Shown one piece after another: positions 7,659-16,572 of a DNA stretch of 43,190 bases. The stretch is taken from the IMG/VR virus record IMGVR_UViG_3300020045_003196, positions 1 through 43,190 of that record; one strand, given 5' to 3'. The translations under genes and the position numbers were made by a program. Origin of the DNA: a virus (Duplodnaviria > Caudoviricetes). The notes under the pieces were generated by a model. It made no database searches. It saw only the letters and a list, made by a program, of their open reading frames with translations, and was not told the DNA's origin. Positions within the stretch are counted from its first letter, which is position 1. Every line of letters begins with the position of its first letter.

Positions 7659-8470
7659 GCATTATCGAAAACCTCCCAAGCGCCGACTATTTCAAAGCGG
7701 AAGCGGCCAGCAACTCAGCCAACAAGCTGATCTTGCGCAGCCCTGCGCACCTAAAATATAAGGAAGAAAAGGAGCCGACACCAGCAATGGCGATGGGTAC
7801 TCACCTGCATATGGCGCTGCTTGAGCCCGAGCGCTTCGAAAAGCATTACGTTGTCGCCACTGAGGCCGAAGATAAACGCAGCGCTTATTACAAAGGGCTG
7901 GTCAAGGATGTCAGCGCCGACCGCGTACTGACCATGAAAGACCATCGCAAGCTAATTGGCATGCAGCACTCCGCCTACCAAAACAAGCGTTTTGCCCGTT
8001 ACATGGACTCTCGCGGTCGAACCGAGCTGAGCGTATTCACGACGGACCCGGAAACCGGCGTCCCGATCAAGTGCCGCTTCGACTGGAAAGGTGACGGGTT
8101 TTCAGCCTTCGATATCAAGAAGTGCCAGGACGCACGCGGCTCTGAATTCGTGCGCGCAATCAGCAACTACGGCTATCACATGCAAGTTGCGTTTTACCAG
8201 CACGTCTGGAAGTGCGAAACCGGCGAAGACATCCCCGACTTTCCGCTGATCGCTATTGAGGAAGACTCGCCGCATGGTGTCATCTGTCACGACCTTGACG
8301 AAATCGCGCTGGAGATCGGCCGCCGCCAGTTCCGCGAGGCGCTTAATACTTATGCTCGCTGCCTGGATTCTGGCCTATGGCCTGGCTATGAAGAAGAATC
8401 GGAGCTGACCAGCGTGACAACCTGGATGCAGAACGATTTGCTTAATGATGAAAGTTTTGGAGGCATTTGA
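7655..8470 (+). CDS. RecE/exonuclease VIII-like PD-(D/E)xK exonuclease
   Basis: MGTHLHMALLEPERF, ELSVF, KCRFDW, DIKK, YGYHMQVAFY motifs. Confidence 0.9.
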   Translation: MSIIENLPSADYFKAEAASNSANKLILRSPAHLKYKEEKEPTPAMAMGTHLHMALLEPERFEKHYVVATEAEDKRSAYYKGLVKDVSADRVLTMKDHRKLIGMQHSAYQNKRFARYMDSRGRTELSVFTTDPETGVPIKCRFDWKGDGFSAFDIKKCQDARGSEFVRAISNYGYHMQVAFYQHVWKCETGEDIPDFPLIAIEEDSPHGVICHDLDEIALEIGRRQFREALNTYARCLDSGLWPGYEEESELTSVTTWMQNDLLNDESFGGI

Positions 8471-9120
8471 TGACACTCACAGCCGAAGACCTGCAACGAG
8501 CAACGCAGGCGAAGTCAGACCAGCTCAATAGCTGCGATCTGCTTGGCGGCCCGCTGGTGGCGCAAATCATCGACGTGAACGCCGGCAACAGCGAACAGCC
8601 GGTATCCATCAAGCTCGATTCGTGGAAGCAGCCGTGGAAGCCCAGCAAGACGTCATTGCGCGTGCTGGCTGCATGCTGGGGCGGCGACCCTTCCGTATGG
8701 GTTGGTCGCTGGGTAGTGCTCTATTGCGACGAATCTGTAACGTTTGGCAAGGAGGCTATCGGCGGCATTCGCACCAGTCACCTTAGCCATATCAACGGCA
8801 CCAAAAAGATCGCGGTTAACACCACTCGCGGTAAGAAAGGCATTCAGACTGTCGAGCCGTATTACCCTGATAACGCGCCACAGGCAGAGCCAGAGCAGGC
8901 TTGGTATCCACAGGATAGATTTGACGCCAACCTAGCGGCCTGGGTGGCGCTGATCGACGAAGGCAAGAAGACCGTCGCCCAGATCGTTGCCAACGTCGAG
9001 CGCGGCGGCAAGCTTACCGCTGGACAGAAGGCGCGCATCAAGGCAACTGAGGCTGTGCCATCGCATATCGAAGATGAGCCGCCAGCCTATCCCGATGGCG
9101 ACCCATTCGCTGAAGAGTAA
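8470..9120 (+). CDS. Hypothetical protein in the recombinase/SSB slot (candidate ssDNA annealing or binding protein)
   Basis: Follows the RecE-like gene; AKSDQLN..DL N-terminus; acidic DGDPFAEE tail. Confidence 0.6.
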   Translation: MTLTAEDLQRATQAKSDQLNSCDLLGGPLVAQIIDVNAGNSEQPVSIKLDSWKQPWKPSKTSLRVLAACWGGDPSVWVGRWVVLYCDESVTFGKEAIGGIRTSHLSHINGTKKIAVNTTRGKKGIQTVEPYYPDNAPQAEPEQAWYPQDRFDANLAAWVALIDEGKKTVAQIVANVERGGKLTAGQKARIKATEAVPSHIEDEPPAYPDGDPFAEE

Positions 9121-9125
9121 AAGCC

Positions 9126-9154
9126 GAGCCCGACTAACCCTCGGGCTTTCTTTT
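9126..9154 (+). terminator. Intrinsic terminator
   Basis: GAGCCCGA-CTAACCC-TCGGGCTT followed by TCTTTT. Confidence 0.8.
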
Positions 9155-9161
9155 CTCCGCT

Positions 9162-9191
9162 GTTGACATAATGATTATTCAGGGTCAAGAT
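9162..9191 (+). promoter_or_regulatory. Early promoter with palindromic operator
   Basis: TTGACA (9163)-TAATGATTATTCAGGGT-CAAGAT (9186). Confidence 0.75.
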
Positions 9192-9214
9192 TGCCAAAAG
9201 ACAGGAGTATTCAG

Positions 9215-9427
9215 ATGGTTCAAATAACACAAATCCTTCGCGAGCACGCCGACTCAAAAGGCTTCACGATGGAAAGCGTCCAGGCTCAACCAGCTTTCGA
9301 AATGGCGGCCAAAATGGCTGATGCCGGCTACAGCGTAAAGCTTGGTCGCGACCCTGGCACGCCCTGGATTGTCACTGTGCGCGAGGTGATCAAATGCAAT
9401 CCAATCGAATCAGTAACTATGCACTAA
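9215..9427 (+). CDS. Hypothetical protein
   Basis: ATG 9215 with GACAGGAG RBS at 9200. Confidence 0.7.
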   Translation: MVQITQILREHADSKGFTMESVQAQPAFEMAAKMADAGYSVKLGRDPGTPWIVTVREVIKCNPIESVTMH

Positions 9428-9564
9428 ACGCCTGGCGCTGGTCGCTGCATCCATCCGACCCCGACTATGAAGACGGGCCGACTGAAGAGGATCTGGCGCA
9501 AGGCGAACGGGAGCTTGATGATTATTTGATGCGGGAGAGTGATGATGAGCGAGATAGCGACTAG
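9394..9564 (+). CDS. Small highly acidic protein (56 aa, not in the ORF track)
   Basis: MQSNRISNYALNAWRWSLHPSDPDYEDGPTEEDLAQGERELDDYLMRESDDERDSD; GAGGTG RBS at 9383; fills the gap between neighbours. Confidence 0.7.
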   Translation: MQSNRISNYALNAWRWSLHPSDPDYEDGPTEEDLAQGERELDDYLMRESDDERDSD

Positions 9565-10039
9565 AACGCTCCTGCATCTAGAGGGTAGCAATATTTGTTA
9601 TTGTCCGGCCTCCGGGGCTTTTACTAGGTCTGACGGATCAAAGGCTGGATGCATTGGCTTGAACGGGTATCTATATATATCGGTAAAAGGCAAAAGGTTT
9701 CTAGGCCATCGCCTCGCATGGTTTTTGGTTACAGGCGCAATGCCTGAAGGGTGTCTCGACCATATAAACAATACGAAAACCGACAATAGGTTTGAAAACC
9801 TTAGACGGGCCAGCAAAAGCCAGAATGGATTTAACCGAGGCCCAAACAAAAACAACTCATCTGGCGCCAAGGGCGTTCACTGGTACGCACGCAAAAATAA
9901 ATGGAAAGCTGAGATATGGCATGAGGGCAGCAAGAGGCACCTCGGCTATTTCCATAGCTTGGATATGGCAGCCAAGGCATATTCTGATGCGGCTAAAATT
10001 CTTCATGGTGAATTTGCGAGGGTTGAAAATGAAAAATAG
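9545..10039 (+). CDS. HNH endonuclease with C-terminal AP2-like domain
   Basis: HRLAW...DHINNTKTDNRFENLR; SGAKGVHW..KWKAEI..HLGYF..AAKAY. Confidence 0.9.
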   Translation: MSEIATRTLLHLEGSNICYCPASGAFTRSDGSKAGCIGLNGYLYISVKGKRFLGHRLAWFLVTGAMPEGCLDHINNTKTDNRFENLRRASKSQNGFNRGPNKNNSSGAKGVHWYARKNKWKAEIWHEGSKRHLGYFHSLDMAAKAYSDAAKILHGEFARVENEK

Positions 10040-10220
10040 AGACGAGCTAAGAATTGCTTTTGAGGCTGGAATGCCGCCCCCGCCAGGGGTAGCCTGGAAC
10101 CAGGATCATTACACCGGGTCTACCAAGGCTGCTGGATCGTTCCGCAACGCTACAACCTGGCAGGACATGTATCGAGGCTTCTTGCTCGCCGCTGAAGTGC
10201 TCAATAAAAAAGCCCCGTGA
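10029..10220 (+). CDS. Hypothetical protein
   Basis: MKNRDELRIAFEA... 63 aa, ends in the terminator. Confidence 0.65.
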   Translation: MKNRDELRIAFEAGMPPPPGVAWNQDHYTGSTKAAGSFRNATTWQDMYRGFLLAAEVLNKKAP

Positions 10221-10232
10221 GGGGCTTTTCTT
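10206..10232. terminator. Bidirectional intrinsic terminator between converging modules
   Basis: AAAAAAGCCCC-GTGA-GGGGCTTTTCTT. Confidence 0.9.
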
Positions 10233-10245
10233 ATGCTGCCGACCT

Positions 10246-11613
10246 TTACAGCGGGTTAATCTCAAGGGCGCTGGCGTATGCGCCGGTTAAGTTGCCGGCC
10301 TTGCAGCGTATCCAGATTTTACCCTTGCCACTAGCGTCGGCCTGACCGCTACCGTTGAACACGCGCGGGATATTTCCCGGTACGCAGGCGCCATCAATCT
10401 CGCCGGCTACAGTCGTACCGTCATTGGAGAATTCCTGCATTCGAACCTGTCCGGCCGCCACACTGCGGCAGCACAACACCTTGTAGGTAAAGTTCTGGAA
10501 TGGCTCGAGATTGATGATTTCCTCAAGCACGACAAATATTTGCGACGTGGTATAGGCGAACGCATCGCGAAACAGGTCGTTCATAATCGTGTAACTAGTG
10601 TCGCCCGTGCCGAGACCTGTCTGACTGACATGAGTCAGGTCAGGGCGAGCGCCCAAGCCAAGTACCGGGTCGTATCCGTCCCATGGCATCAGGTACGGCT
10701 GCTGAGTTGATTTAGTGCCGCGCGCATTCGCCAGCAGGAAGTTCGAAGACCGAACCACGCCAGCAGTGTTGCGATAGGCCAGCATAGCCTTTGCGGATTT
10801 TGGCTTTTGATCGTTGATCGGGTCGACCTTCTTGGCTACAACCGGAGGCGCGGTGCCCTTGAGGATCGCAATCACAACATCCATCCAGTAACGGGCGTAG
10901 ATTTGGTATCCGATCCCGTCTGCGCCGAAGTGTGTCGAGTCGATCAGCAGCGTTCCATACCAGTTGTAGGCAATCGGGTATGGGTAGCCGTAAGAGTGGC
11001 CTGCTGTGTTCCACTTGGTGAGCATCGCAAGCGGATCAACCCACTGCTCGTTGAACTTCTTCGATCCAAGGTCTTCGTTTGTGATGCAGTCAGTAGCTGG
11101 GTAACCATAGAGCCGGAAGGTGTGATCAAAGATAACCACATGATCTGCGCCGACCTGAGCCTTCATTTCGCTATTCAGGAGCTCAAGCTTCGCCTTGCGC
11201 GCAGCTAGCGTTGCCGTGTTGGCAGTTGAGTAAGGCGCCAGCTCGGTGATGTCGTTACCAGCTGGCATAGATAGGATCAGAACGCCAGCTCCACCGTCAG
11301 CGCGGGCCGCCAATGCTGGCTTAATTGTGTTGGTCCAGTTGGTGTAGATCGTATCGACGCCCATGCCTGGGTATGCATAAGTTAGGATCGACGTTACGCC
11401 GGTCAATCCGTTCTGTTTCAACCAACTGAGCATTGGTGCGTGATAGGCTCCAGCGTTACCGGCAATACCCGCTTCAATCGAGGCGCCCACAAAGCATACG
11501 GTGTCGATTCCGGTAAGCGGCGCAGGCAGTGGCACCCCGCCAGGCACGACAAATGGCCAAATCTGCTGGATTCCGCCAGGCGCCGAAACTCCATATTTTA
11601 TCCGCTCAATCAT
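10246..11613 (-). CDS. SGNH/GDSL hydrolase-domain protein with beta-rich C-terminus
   Basis: FVGASI (block I), YPGMG, AGND (block III), DSTH (block V). Confidence 0.6.
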   Translation of the reverse strand: MIERIKYGVSAPGGIQQIWPFVVPGGVPLPAPLTGIDTVCFVGASIEAGIAGNAGAYHAPMLSWLKQNGLTGVTSILTYAYPGMGVDTIYTNWTNTIKPALAARADGGAGVLILSMPAGNDITELAPYSTANTATLAARKAKLELLNSEMKAQVGADHVVIFDHTFRLYGYPATDCITNEDLGSKKFNEQWVDPLAMLTKWNTAGHSYGYPYPIAYNWYGTLLIDSTHFGADGIGYQIYARYWMDVVIAILKGTAPPVVAKKVDPINDQKPKSAKAMLAYRNTAGVVRSSNFLLANARGTKSTQQPYLMPWDGYDPVLGLGARPDLTHVSQTGLGTGDTSYTIMNDLFRDAFAYTTSQIFVVLEEIINLEPFQNFTYKVLCCRSVAAGQVRMQEFSNDGTTVAGEIDGACVPGNIPRVFNGSGQADASGKGKIWIRCKAGNLTGAYASALEINPL

Positions 11614-11615
11614 GG

Positions 11616-11906
11616 CTAAGGCGCCTGGACGTTAACGAAAATCCCCATTTCGCCAGGAGTACCGCCAGTACGGCCGAGAATCCAGCAGCCGACAGTGTTT
11701 AACGGAACGTCAAATTGAACCCCGTATGGCAGAGCCGTGCCTTCGGTATCGCCTACCGCTGGAGCCGCCGACTGCCTGCGAATCACTGGATCAAATCCCT
11801 TGTCCTTATTCTGGATAATCAGCCTAGCGCCAACGTTATTGCCTGACGCCGTATAAGCGTTAGTCCAGCCAACTGGCTGCAAAATGCGGATATCTTTATC
11901 GGCCAT
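11616..11906 (-). CDS. Hypothetical beta-rich protein
   Basis: MADKDIRIL... with GGGGAG RBS; overlaps the Rz end. Confidence 0.7.
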   Translation of the reverse strand: MADKDIRILQPVGWTNAYTASGNNVGARLIIQNKDKGFDPVIRRQSAAPAVGDTEGTALPYGVQFDVPLNTVGCWILGRTGGTPGEMGIFVNVQAP

Positions 11907-12393
11907 GGTTATCTCCCCGAATTGCGTTATATGCAGCATTGCACGCTGTAAGCGCTATTTTGAGTTGGTCAGCATAGTCCGCCAGTTGTCCCGCTCTTTT
12001 GTCAGCGCGCTCAAACAGGTCGGAGAGCACCATTGCGGCACGATTGGGGCCAGGGCCTCCGACGGTAGCAGGGGAACCGCAGGCGGCTTTGCTGGCGTAC
12101 TCGGCGGCTGACTTGTGCAGGCTGACAGCAGAAATATCAGCAGCATCGCGGTCAGGCTTTGCATTGTCGATTTGTGCTTGGGCATTGCGAGCGACTCCAT
12201 TGACGGTTTCTTGCCAGAGTGATTCCTGCGTGCGCGCATCGCGCTCGGCTTTAGCTGACGCCTCAGCATGCTCTTTACTTAGCTTCTGCACCTCAGCCGC
12301 GCCTATTGCGTGCCCCATCCAGAACCCTGCGCCACCGATAATGATTATAAGGACTGCGCCAGCAGCAACTGGCGTCCAGCTTGGCCAGATCAT
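11896..12393 (-). CDS. Rz-like inner-membrane spanin (DUF2514-like)
   Basis: N-terminal TM, Ala-rich coiled coil, LADYADQ..IALTAC..AY end; follows the endolysin. Confidence 0.85.
   Translation of the reverse strand: MIWPSWTPVAAGAVLIIIIGGAGFWMGHAIGAAEVQKLSKEHAEASAKAERDARTQESLWQETVNGVARNAQAQIDNAKPDRDAADISAVSLHKSAAEYASKAACGSPATVGGPGPNRAAMVLSDLFERADKRAGQLADYADQLKIALTACNAAYNAIRGDNHGR
11955..12185 (-). CDS. Rz1-like outer-membrane lipoprotein spanin, embedded in Rz
   Basis: Hydrophobic signal with LSAC lipobox and Pro-rich mature part; alternate frame inside Rz; GGAG RBS. Confidence 0.8.
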   Translation of the reverse strand: MPKHKSTMQSLTAMLLIFLLSACTSQPPSTPAKPPAVPLLPSEALAPIVPQWCSPTCLSALTKERDNWRTMLTNSK

Positions 12394-12872
12394 GCGGCAG
12401 CCATCCCGGCAGCGATAGCGGATGCTCCGTTCATGCCTCGGAATAAAGCTGCTTCGGCGGCACGACGACGAGTAAGCCCGCGCATTACCTTGCCATCGTT
12501 CTTATTCCATCGGGCGAACTGGTTTGCGGCTCCAGCGTAATCGCCGTCATTGAGCAGTTTTAAGAGGGTTGAGCTATTTAGTCTGCCTGCACCAAGGTTG
12601 TACGTGAAATCGACCAAGGCGTCGAATTGGCCTTGGCTAAGCGGCACTTTGACTGCGCCATTTACCGCCATTTCGGAGGATCTAACGTCGACCAGGAATG
12701 CAGCGTCAGCTTGATCCTGCGTCCATACCAGGCCCTTAGCTACTTCCGGGCCCGTATGGCCCCAGCCAATCGTCCAGGGGTTGCCATCTTTACTTCCTGG
12801 GTCAGGGTAAGCCTCAAGCTTACACGACTCGAAATTATGAGCGACTAAAACTCCTTCGCGGCTGAACTTCAT
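12390..12872 (-). CDS. Endolysin (GH24 phage lysozyme)
   Basis: FESCKLEAYPD...WTIGWGHT; QFDALVDFTYNLG; GLTRRRAAE. Confidence 0.95.
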   Translation of the reverse strand: MKFSREGVLVAHNFESCKLEAYPDPGSKDGNPWTIGWGHTGPEVAKGLVWTQDQADAAFLVDVRSSEMAVNGAVKVPLSQGQFDALVDFTYNLGAGRLNSSTLLKLLNDGDYAGAANQFARWNKNDGKVMRGLTRRRAAEAALFRGMNGASAIAAGMAAA

Positions 12873-13141
12873 ACGGTCACCCTAGGGTTTTTCAGCAAGT
12901 AGATAGCCGCAAGGATTATCGCAGCGATATGAGCCAGGCTTTCCTTGGTCGGCGGCCATCCGCCGTCGAAGGTGCGCAGCAGGCCCCATACGGCTAACAC
13001 TCCGATAGCTACGACCAGCCAGCGGCGATACGCGTGGGTTTTCTTGGTCATTCGATTAGCTATACAAACGGCCGCTACAAGATTGTAGAGAGCCACAAGA
13101 TCTAAAAGAATAAACATTGCTGTCGCGTAAAAGGCATTCAT
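12869..13141 (-). CDS. Holin-like membrane protein (about 3 TM)
   Basis: Three hydrophobic segments; directly upstream of the lysozyme. Confidence 0.65.
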   Translation of the reverse strand: MNAFYATAMFILLDLVALYNLVAAVCIANRMTKKTHAYRRWLVVAIGVLAVWGLLRTFDGGWPPTKESLAHIAAIILAAIYLLKNPRVTV

Positions 13142-13482
13142 TCGGAAGAGCCCCCGAACCGGATTGATTTAAGCAGCTTAATTGCCGCCAGCACGATTGG
13201 GACAAGTTTAAGCCCCAATAGTCCAATCCAGAAATAGGCCGCGCCATGAATAGCCTCGGCGGGAATAGGAACTAAGGGGCCGAGCCAGGCGGTCATGATT
13301 GGAGCCACTACGGGTGCAGTTACAACGGATATAGCTGTGCCGGCAAACAGACCGGCAAACGCAGCTCCGCGAGTTGTAGGCGCCCATACCGCCAATGAGG
13401 ACAGCGCGCCACCAAAAGCCAGCGCACAGAAGAATGCAAATTTTGCAGGCCAGCCAACGTCAACAGGGTCAAACATCGGCAC
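13138..13482 (-). CDS. Holin/antiholin-like membrane protein
   Basis: Three hydrophobic segments with a basic C-terminus; first gene of the lysis cassette. Confidence 0.65.
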   Translation of the reverse strand: MPMFDPVDVGWPAKFAFFCALAFGGALSSLAVWAPTTRGAAFAGLFAGTAISVVTAPVVAPIMTAWLGPLVPIPAEAIHGAAYFWIGLLGLKLVPIVLAAIKLLKSIRFGGSSE

Positions 13483-13514
13483 ACGTCCTATTTTATGAGT
13501 CGTTAATGCCGTGA

Positions 13515-13543
13515 ATTTTATCCCACGCGGCCATGCATGTCAC
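13515..13543 (-). promoter_or_regulatory. Putative lysis-cassette promoter
   Basis: GTGACA (13543-13538)-N17-TAAAAT (13520-13515). Confidence 0.55.
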
Positions 13544-13566
13544 TTTGCCATGGCCGCCTATCTGCA

Positions 13567-14469
13567 TTATGGGCAGCAGAGATTGTTTACTATTGAGTGC
13601 CCCGCGTTGTTGAAGTGCAACTGATCGGCCAGATGCACAGCGGGATCAATAGCCTCATGAATGTCGATTAGCTCTACGCCCAGCTCCGAAGCCACGTCGG
13701 CAATGATCGCGTTATACGCATCGGTACTGGCTTCGGTAACACCATAGGTAGTGTATCCGGCCGCCGTCATCCGGTGAATGTTTCCTACGCGCACCGGGCG
13801 AACAGGCTGATCGTTGCCGGCCACGAAGTTGACGTAGAGCTGCTTGCCGGACGTGGTGCAAACCACTTTCACCTCATGCGTACCGGGGGCAACCTCAAAC
13901 ACCTTGCAGGCGTTGGCGTAAAAGGCAAAGGTTGATGCGCCGTTCTGCGTGTTGATTGGCACCGTCATACCGTCGGAGCTGATCGAACCGACAAGCACAT
14001 CGTCGATGTAAACGTCGCCAGATGCCAGAGCATTGGAATGGTTCTGCATCAGGTAGCCTACAAACACCTTGTCGCCCGACACGGTGGCTTTAATGGTGGC
14101 GCCTTGTTGGGTGGTATTGCGCCCAAAAGAGGCGGTTGACGCCTGGGTCGCTACCCATGTGCCGGTTGTCGTCATGGCGTTGCCAAGAACCCGCGAAGGC
14201 AGAGCCAGCCACGCTACGCAGTGTCTCAAGAAGTCTTCGAAAAAACCTTTTTTGGTGGCGTTGTCCTTGTAAACGCAAAGGTCATTGAGGCCGATGTTTA
14301 AACAGAAGCGCTCGCCAGCCAGGTTGGTGGTCACCAGGTTAGACACATCGGCCGCCTGAGCGCCGCCGACGCCGCTATTAATTGGTGCGGCCTTACCCAT
14401 CCAGGAATTAGTCGCCGGACTGGCACCGGTGCCAGCCATATTCGAATCGCCGTAGCCTTGCATTTTCAT
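13567..14469 (-). CDS. SGNH/GDSL esterase with inserted beta-sandwich
   Basis: YGDSN, GAQAAD, IGLND, DQLHFN catalytic blocks; follows the tail-fibre genes. Confidence 0.8.
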   Translation of the reverse strand: MKMQGYGDSNMAGTGASPATNSWMGKAAPINSGVGGAQAADVSNLVTTNLAGERFCLNIGLNDLCVYKDNATKKGFFEDFLRHCVAWLALPSRVLGNAMTTTGTWVATQASTASFGRNTTQQGATIKATVSGDKVFVGYLMQNHSNALASGDVYIDDVLVGSISSDGMTVPINTQNGASTFAFYANACKVFEVAPGTHEVKVVCTTSGKQLYVNFVAGNDQPVRPVRVGNIHRMTAAGYTTYGVTEASTDAYNAIIADVASELGVELIDIHEAIDPAVHLADQLHFNNAGHSIVNNLCCP

Positions 14470-14475
14470 TTTGGT

Positions 14476-14799
14476 TTACTCGGTTGGCCACGGATACGCG
14501 GCTTGGATTTCAGCAAAGCGGGAAACTGCAGCAGCCTTGGCCACCTCCTGTTCGCTGGCTGGCGCCCCAATTAGAGCTAGCCGGTTAGCTTCGGACACAT
14601 ACCGATCAGAACCGGTAAACGGGTCAGCGTAAGCAGCAAGGCGCAGTTCTTCGACTTGCTGACGGGTTAGCCTTGGCGCCATATGCGCTTTTGTTTGAGC
14701 CGCCGTCAGGGCGGTCATACCCTCGGCTAACCCAGCTGCGACTTGCTCTTTGTCATACGCATAAATTTGACCATCTTCGGCGCGGAATAGCTTTTCCAT
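14476..14799 (-). CDS. Tail fibre assembly protein
   Basis: RLAAYADP..GSD...EIQAAYPWP; directly after the fibre gene. Confidence 0.7.
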   Translation of the reverse strand: MEKLFRAEDGQIYAYDKEQVAAGLAEGMTALTAAQTKAHMAPRLTRQQVEELRLAAYADPFTGSDRYVSEANRLALIGAPASEQEVAKAAAVSRFAEIQAAYPWPTE

Positions 14800-14809
14800 T
14801 ACTTGCCCC

Positions 14810-15856
14810 TTATCTCAATTCGTACCAGCTTACTAGCGTGCCGGTGGTCAGGTTGTAAACTGAGCCGCTAGGAACTACTACGGTGTGTAGTGTTCCGCTG
14901 CCGGCATCCATCGCCACGCCATCCACGGTAATTGCTGGCGCTGCCGTACCTGAACGAACAGCAACTTGGATGGGCTTGCCGGTACTATTGGTGTAGTTCG
15001 TAGCGGCGGCACGGCTGGCGGTTAGGTTTTGCCAAGTCTGATACGACCCCACTGCCTGGCTTTTAAATGGGGTGTAACACAGCACCTCTACGGTGTTCGC
15101 TGCCGTGGCCCGCAATATGCAGGTGTCCCCCGCTGCGGTTATGAGGTTAGCCCCTGATTGAGTAACTATATTTGCGTTGTTCGTGAGGATGAGCGAACCG
15201 GCGAATCGAACAAAATAGCGGCGCCCAGCCACAAGCGTAAAGGCAGTTATAGTTGTTGTGCCCGTGATATTTATGTCGCGGGTGTTTGGGGCTGCCGTCG
15301 TCAGGTTGACTGTCGATGCGGACGCTACGTCTACGCGCGCAGTCTCTGGGCTAGTGAGAGCCATAATAGCCTGCTTAACCTTTAGCGGTGTCATCAGGTC
15401 GGTATCACTCGACCCAGCCTCCGCCTCGGCTTGCGTGGCAACTGTGCCAGTGCCGCGAACTGTCTCGGTAGCCTGACCGTAAAGCTCTTTCCATTGGGTC
15501 GGGCTAGATACAGGAGTATTGCCAATGTTTGAGTTGATCAGCGAAACGTAAAGAATGCCGCCTGAATTGACAAAACTGTTTGCGTGGTATTCCTGCGCTG
15601 AGTTGTACTCGGCCACGCCAACCTGATGCAGGTACGCGATAAACTGGCCGAGCGCGAACCCCATGGCGTTAAAGTCTTGCAGGCTCGGCTCGTCGGCTGG
15701 CCCGACGATACCCCAACCGCGCAGATAATCGGCATTGATTTGGCTGGTCAGGTCATTGGCCTGCGTCACTTCGCCAAATATCGTCCGCTCAGAACCTACC
15801 GCGTCAACAGCAAAAGCTTTGACATCGCCGTTATACCGAACAATTTTCGCAGACAT
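14810..15856 (-). CDS. Tail fibre protein
   Basis: Baseplate-attachment N-terminus (RGWGIVG..PSLQDFN), ATQAEAEAG..MTPLKV repeat, YTNSTGKPIQV C-terminus. Confidence 0.85.
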   Translation of the reverse strand: MSAKIVRYNGDVKAFAVDAVGSERTIFGEVTQANDLTSQINADYLRGWGIVGPADEPSLQDFNAMGFALGQFIAYLHQVGVAEYNSAQEYHANSFVNSGGILYVSLINSNIGNTPVSSPTQWKELYGQATETVRGTGTVATQAEAEAGSSDTDLMTPLKVKQAIMALTSPETARVDVASASTVNLTTAAPNTRDINITGTTTITAFTLVAGRRYFVRFAGSLILTNNANIVTQSGANLITAAGDTCILRATAANTVEVLCYTPFKSQAVGSYQTWQNLTASRAAATNYTNSTGKPIQVAVRSGTAAPAITVDGVAMDAGSGTLHTVVVPSGSVYNLTTGTLVSWYELR

Positions 15857-16572
15857 CAGAGTACCTTCCTTGCCAGGTATCCGCCCTGGCGCGACGTGTC
15901 GAATTTGTCGGCAAAGCCGCGCGACGACGGGTTGTTTGAGAAGCCGAATGTTTCCCCAGGCTCCGCCTGGACTACCACTTTGTAGCGTACACCCTGAGGT
16001 TTTGGCAGAAGCCCGAGCTTTTCAATCAGATTGAGCCTATCCAGGCTAACGATGGGAGAAACATAAAGGGTTAGCGTCATGTCGAGGTTATCGACTACAT
16101 AAGCGCGGCCAGCGAACGCAGCAAGGATAACATCCTGGATGCCAATATAGGTGTCGCTAGACAGATAGGCAGAAGCCCTGTTTGCTGCGGCCTTAACCCT
16201 GATAAAAAACCGATAATCACTATCGCCAAGTTGCAGGTCAGTAAACTGCGACGAAAACTTATCGAAGAATGGGCCGCCTATTCGCGAAGAGTTGAACTTG
16301 TCCGAAAACCCCTGGCTAGTCGGATTAATGCTGAATCCAAAGTAAATTTTTGGCACAACGCTAGGCACATTGCGGCTTATGCCAACGATTCGACCGAGCA
16401 CGTCAAGCTGCGCGCCCACCGCATTATCGAGATCAAAGGCCGGATCTAGCGCAGCAAGAAACGCGCGCGTCTTGTCCCATGAGCTTGCCTTTAGCTCAAT
16501 CTCGGCTTTGGCTTTTGGCTTCTCCCAATACTGCTTAATCAGCAGGTTGGTGACCTCTTCGACCATTGCCAC
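15856..16572 (-). CDS. Baseplate wedge protein (DUF2612-like)
   Basis: FDLDNAVGAQLDVLGRIVG; LPKPQGV. Confidence 0.85.
   Translation of the reverse strand: MAMVEEVTNLLIKQYWEKPKAKAEIELKASSWDKTRAFLAALDPAFDLDNAVGAQLDVLGRIVGISRNVPSVVPKIYFGFSINPTSQGFSDKFNSSRIGGPFFDKFSSQFTDLQLGDSDYRFFIRVKAAANRASAYLSSDTYIGIQDVILAAFAGRAYVVDNLDMTLTLYVSPIVSLDRLNLIEKLGLLPKPQGVRYKVVVQAEPGETFGFSNNPSSRGFADKFDTSRQGGYLARKVL

Noticed and set aside
12337-12348. GATAATGATTAT operator or Fur-like site in Rz
   Set aside because: It encodes an Ile run in the TM segment and has no adjacent TTGACA; probably coincidental
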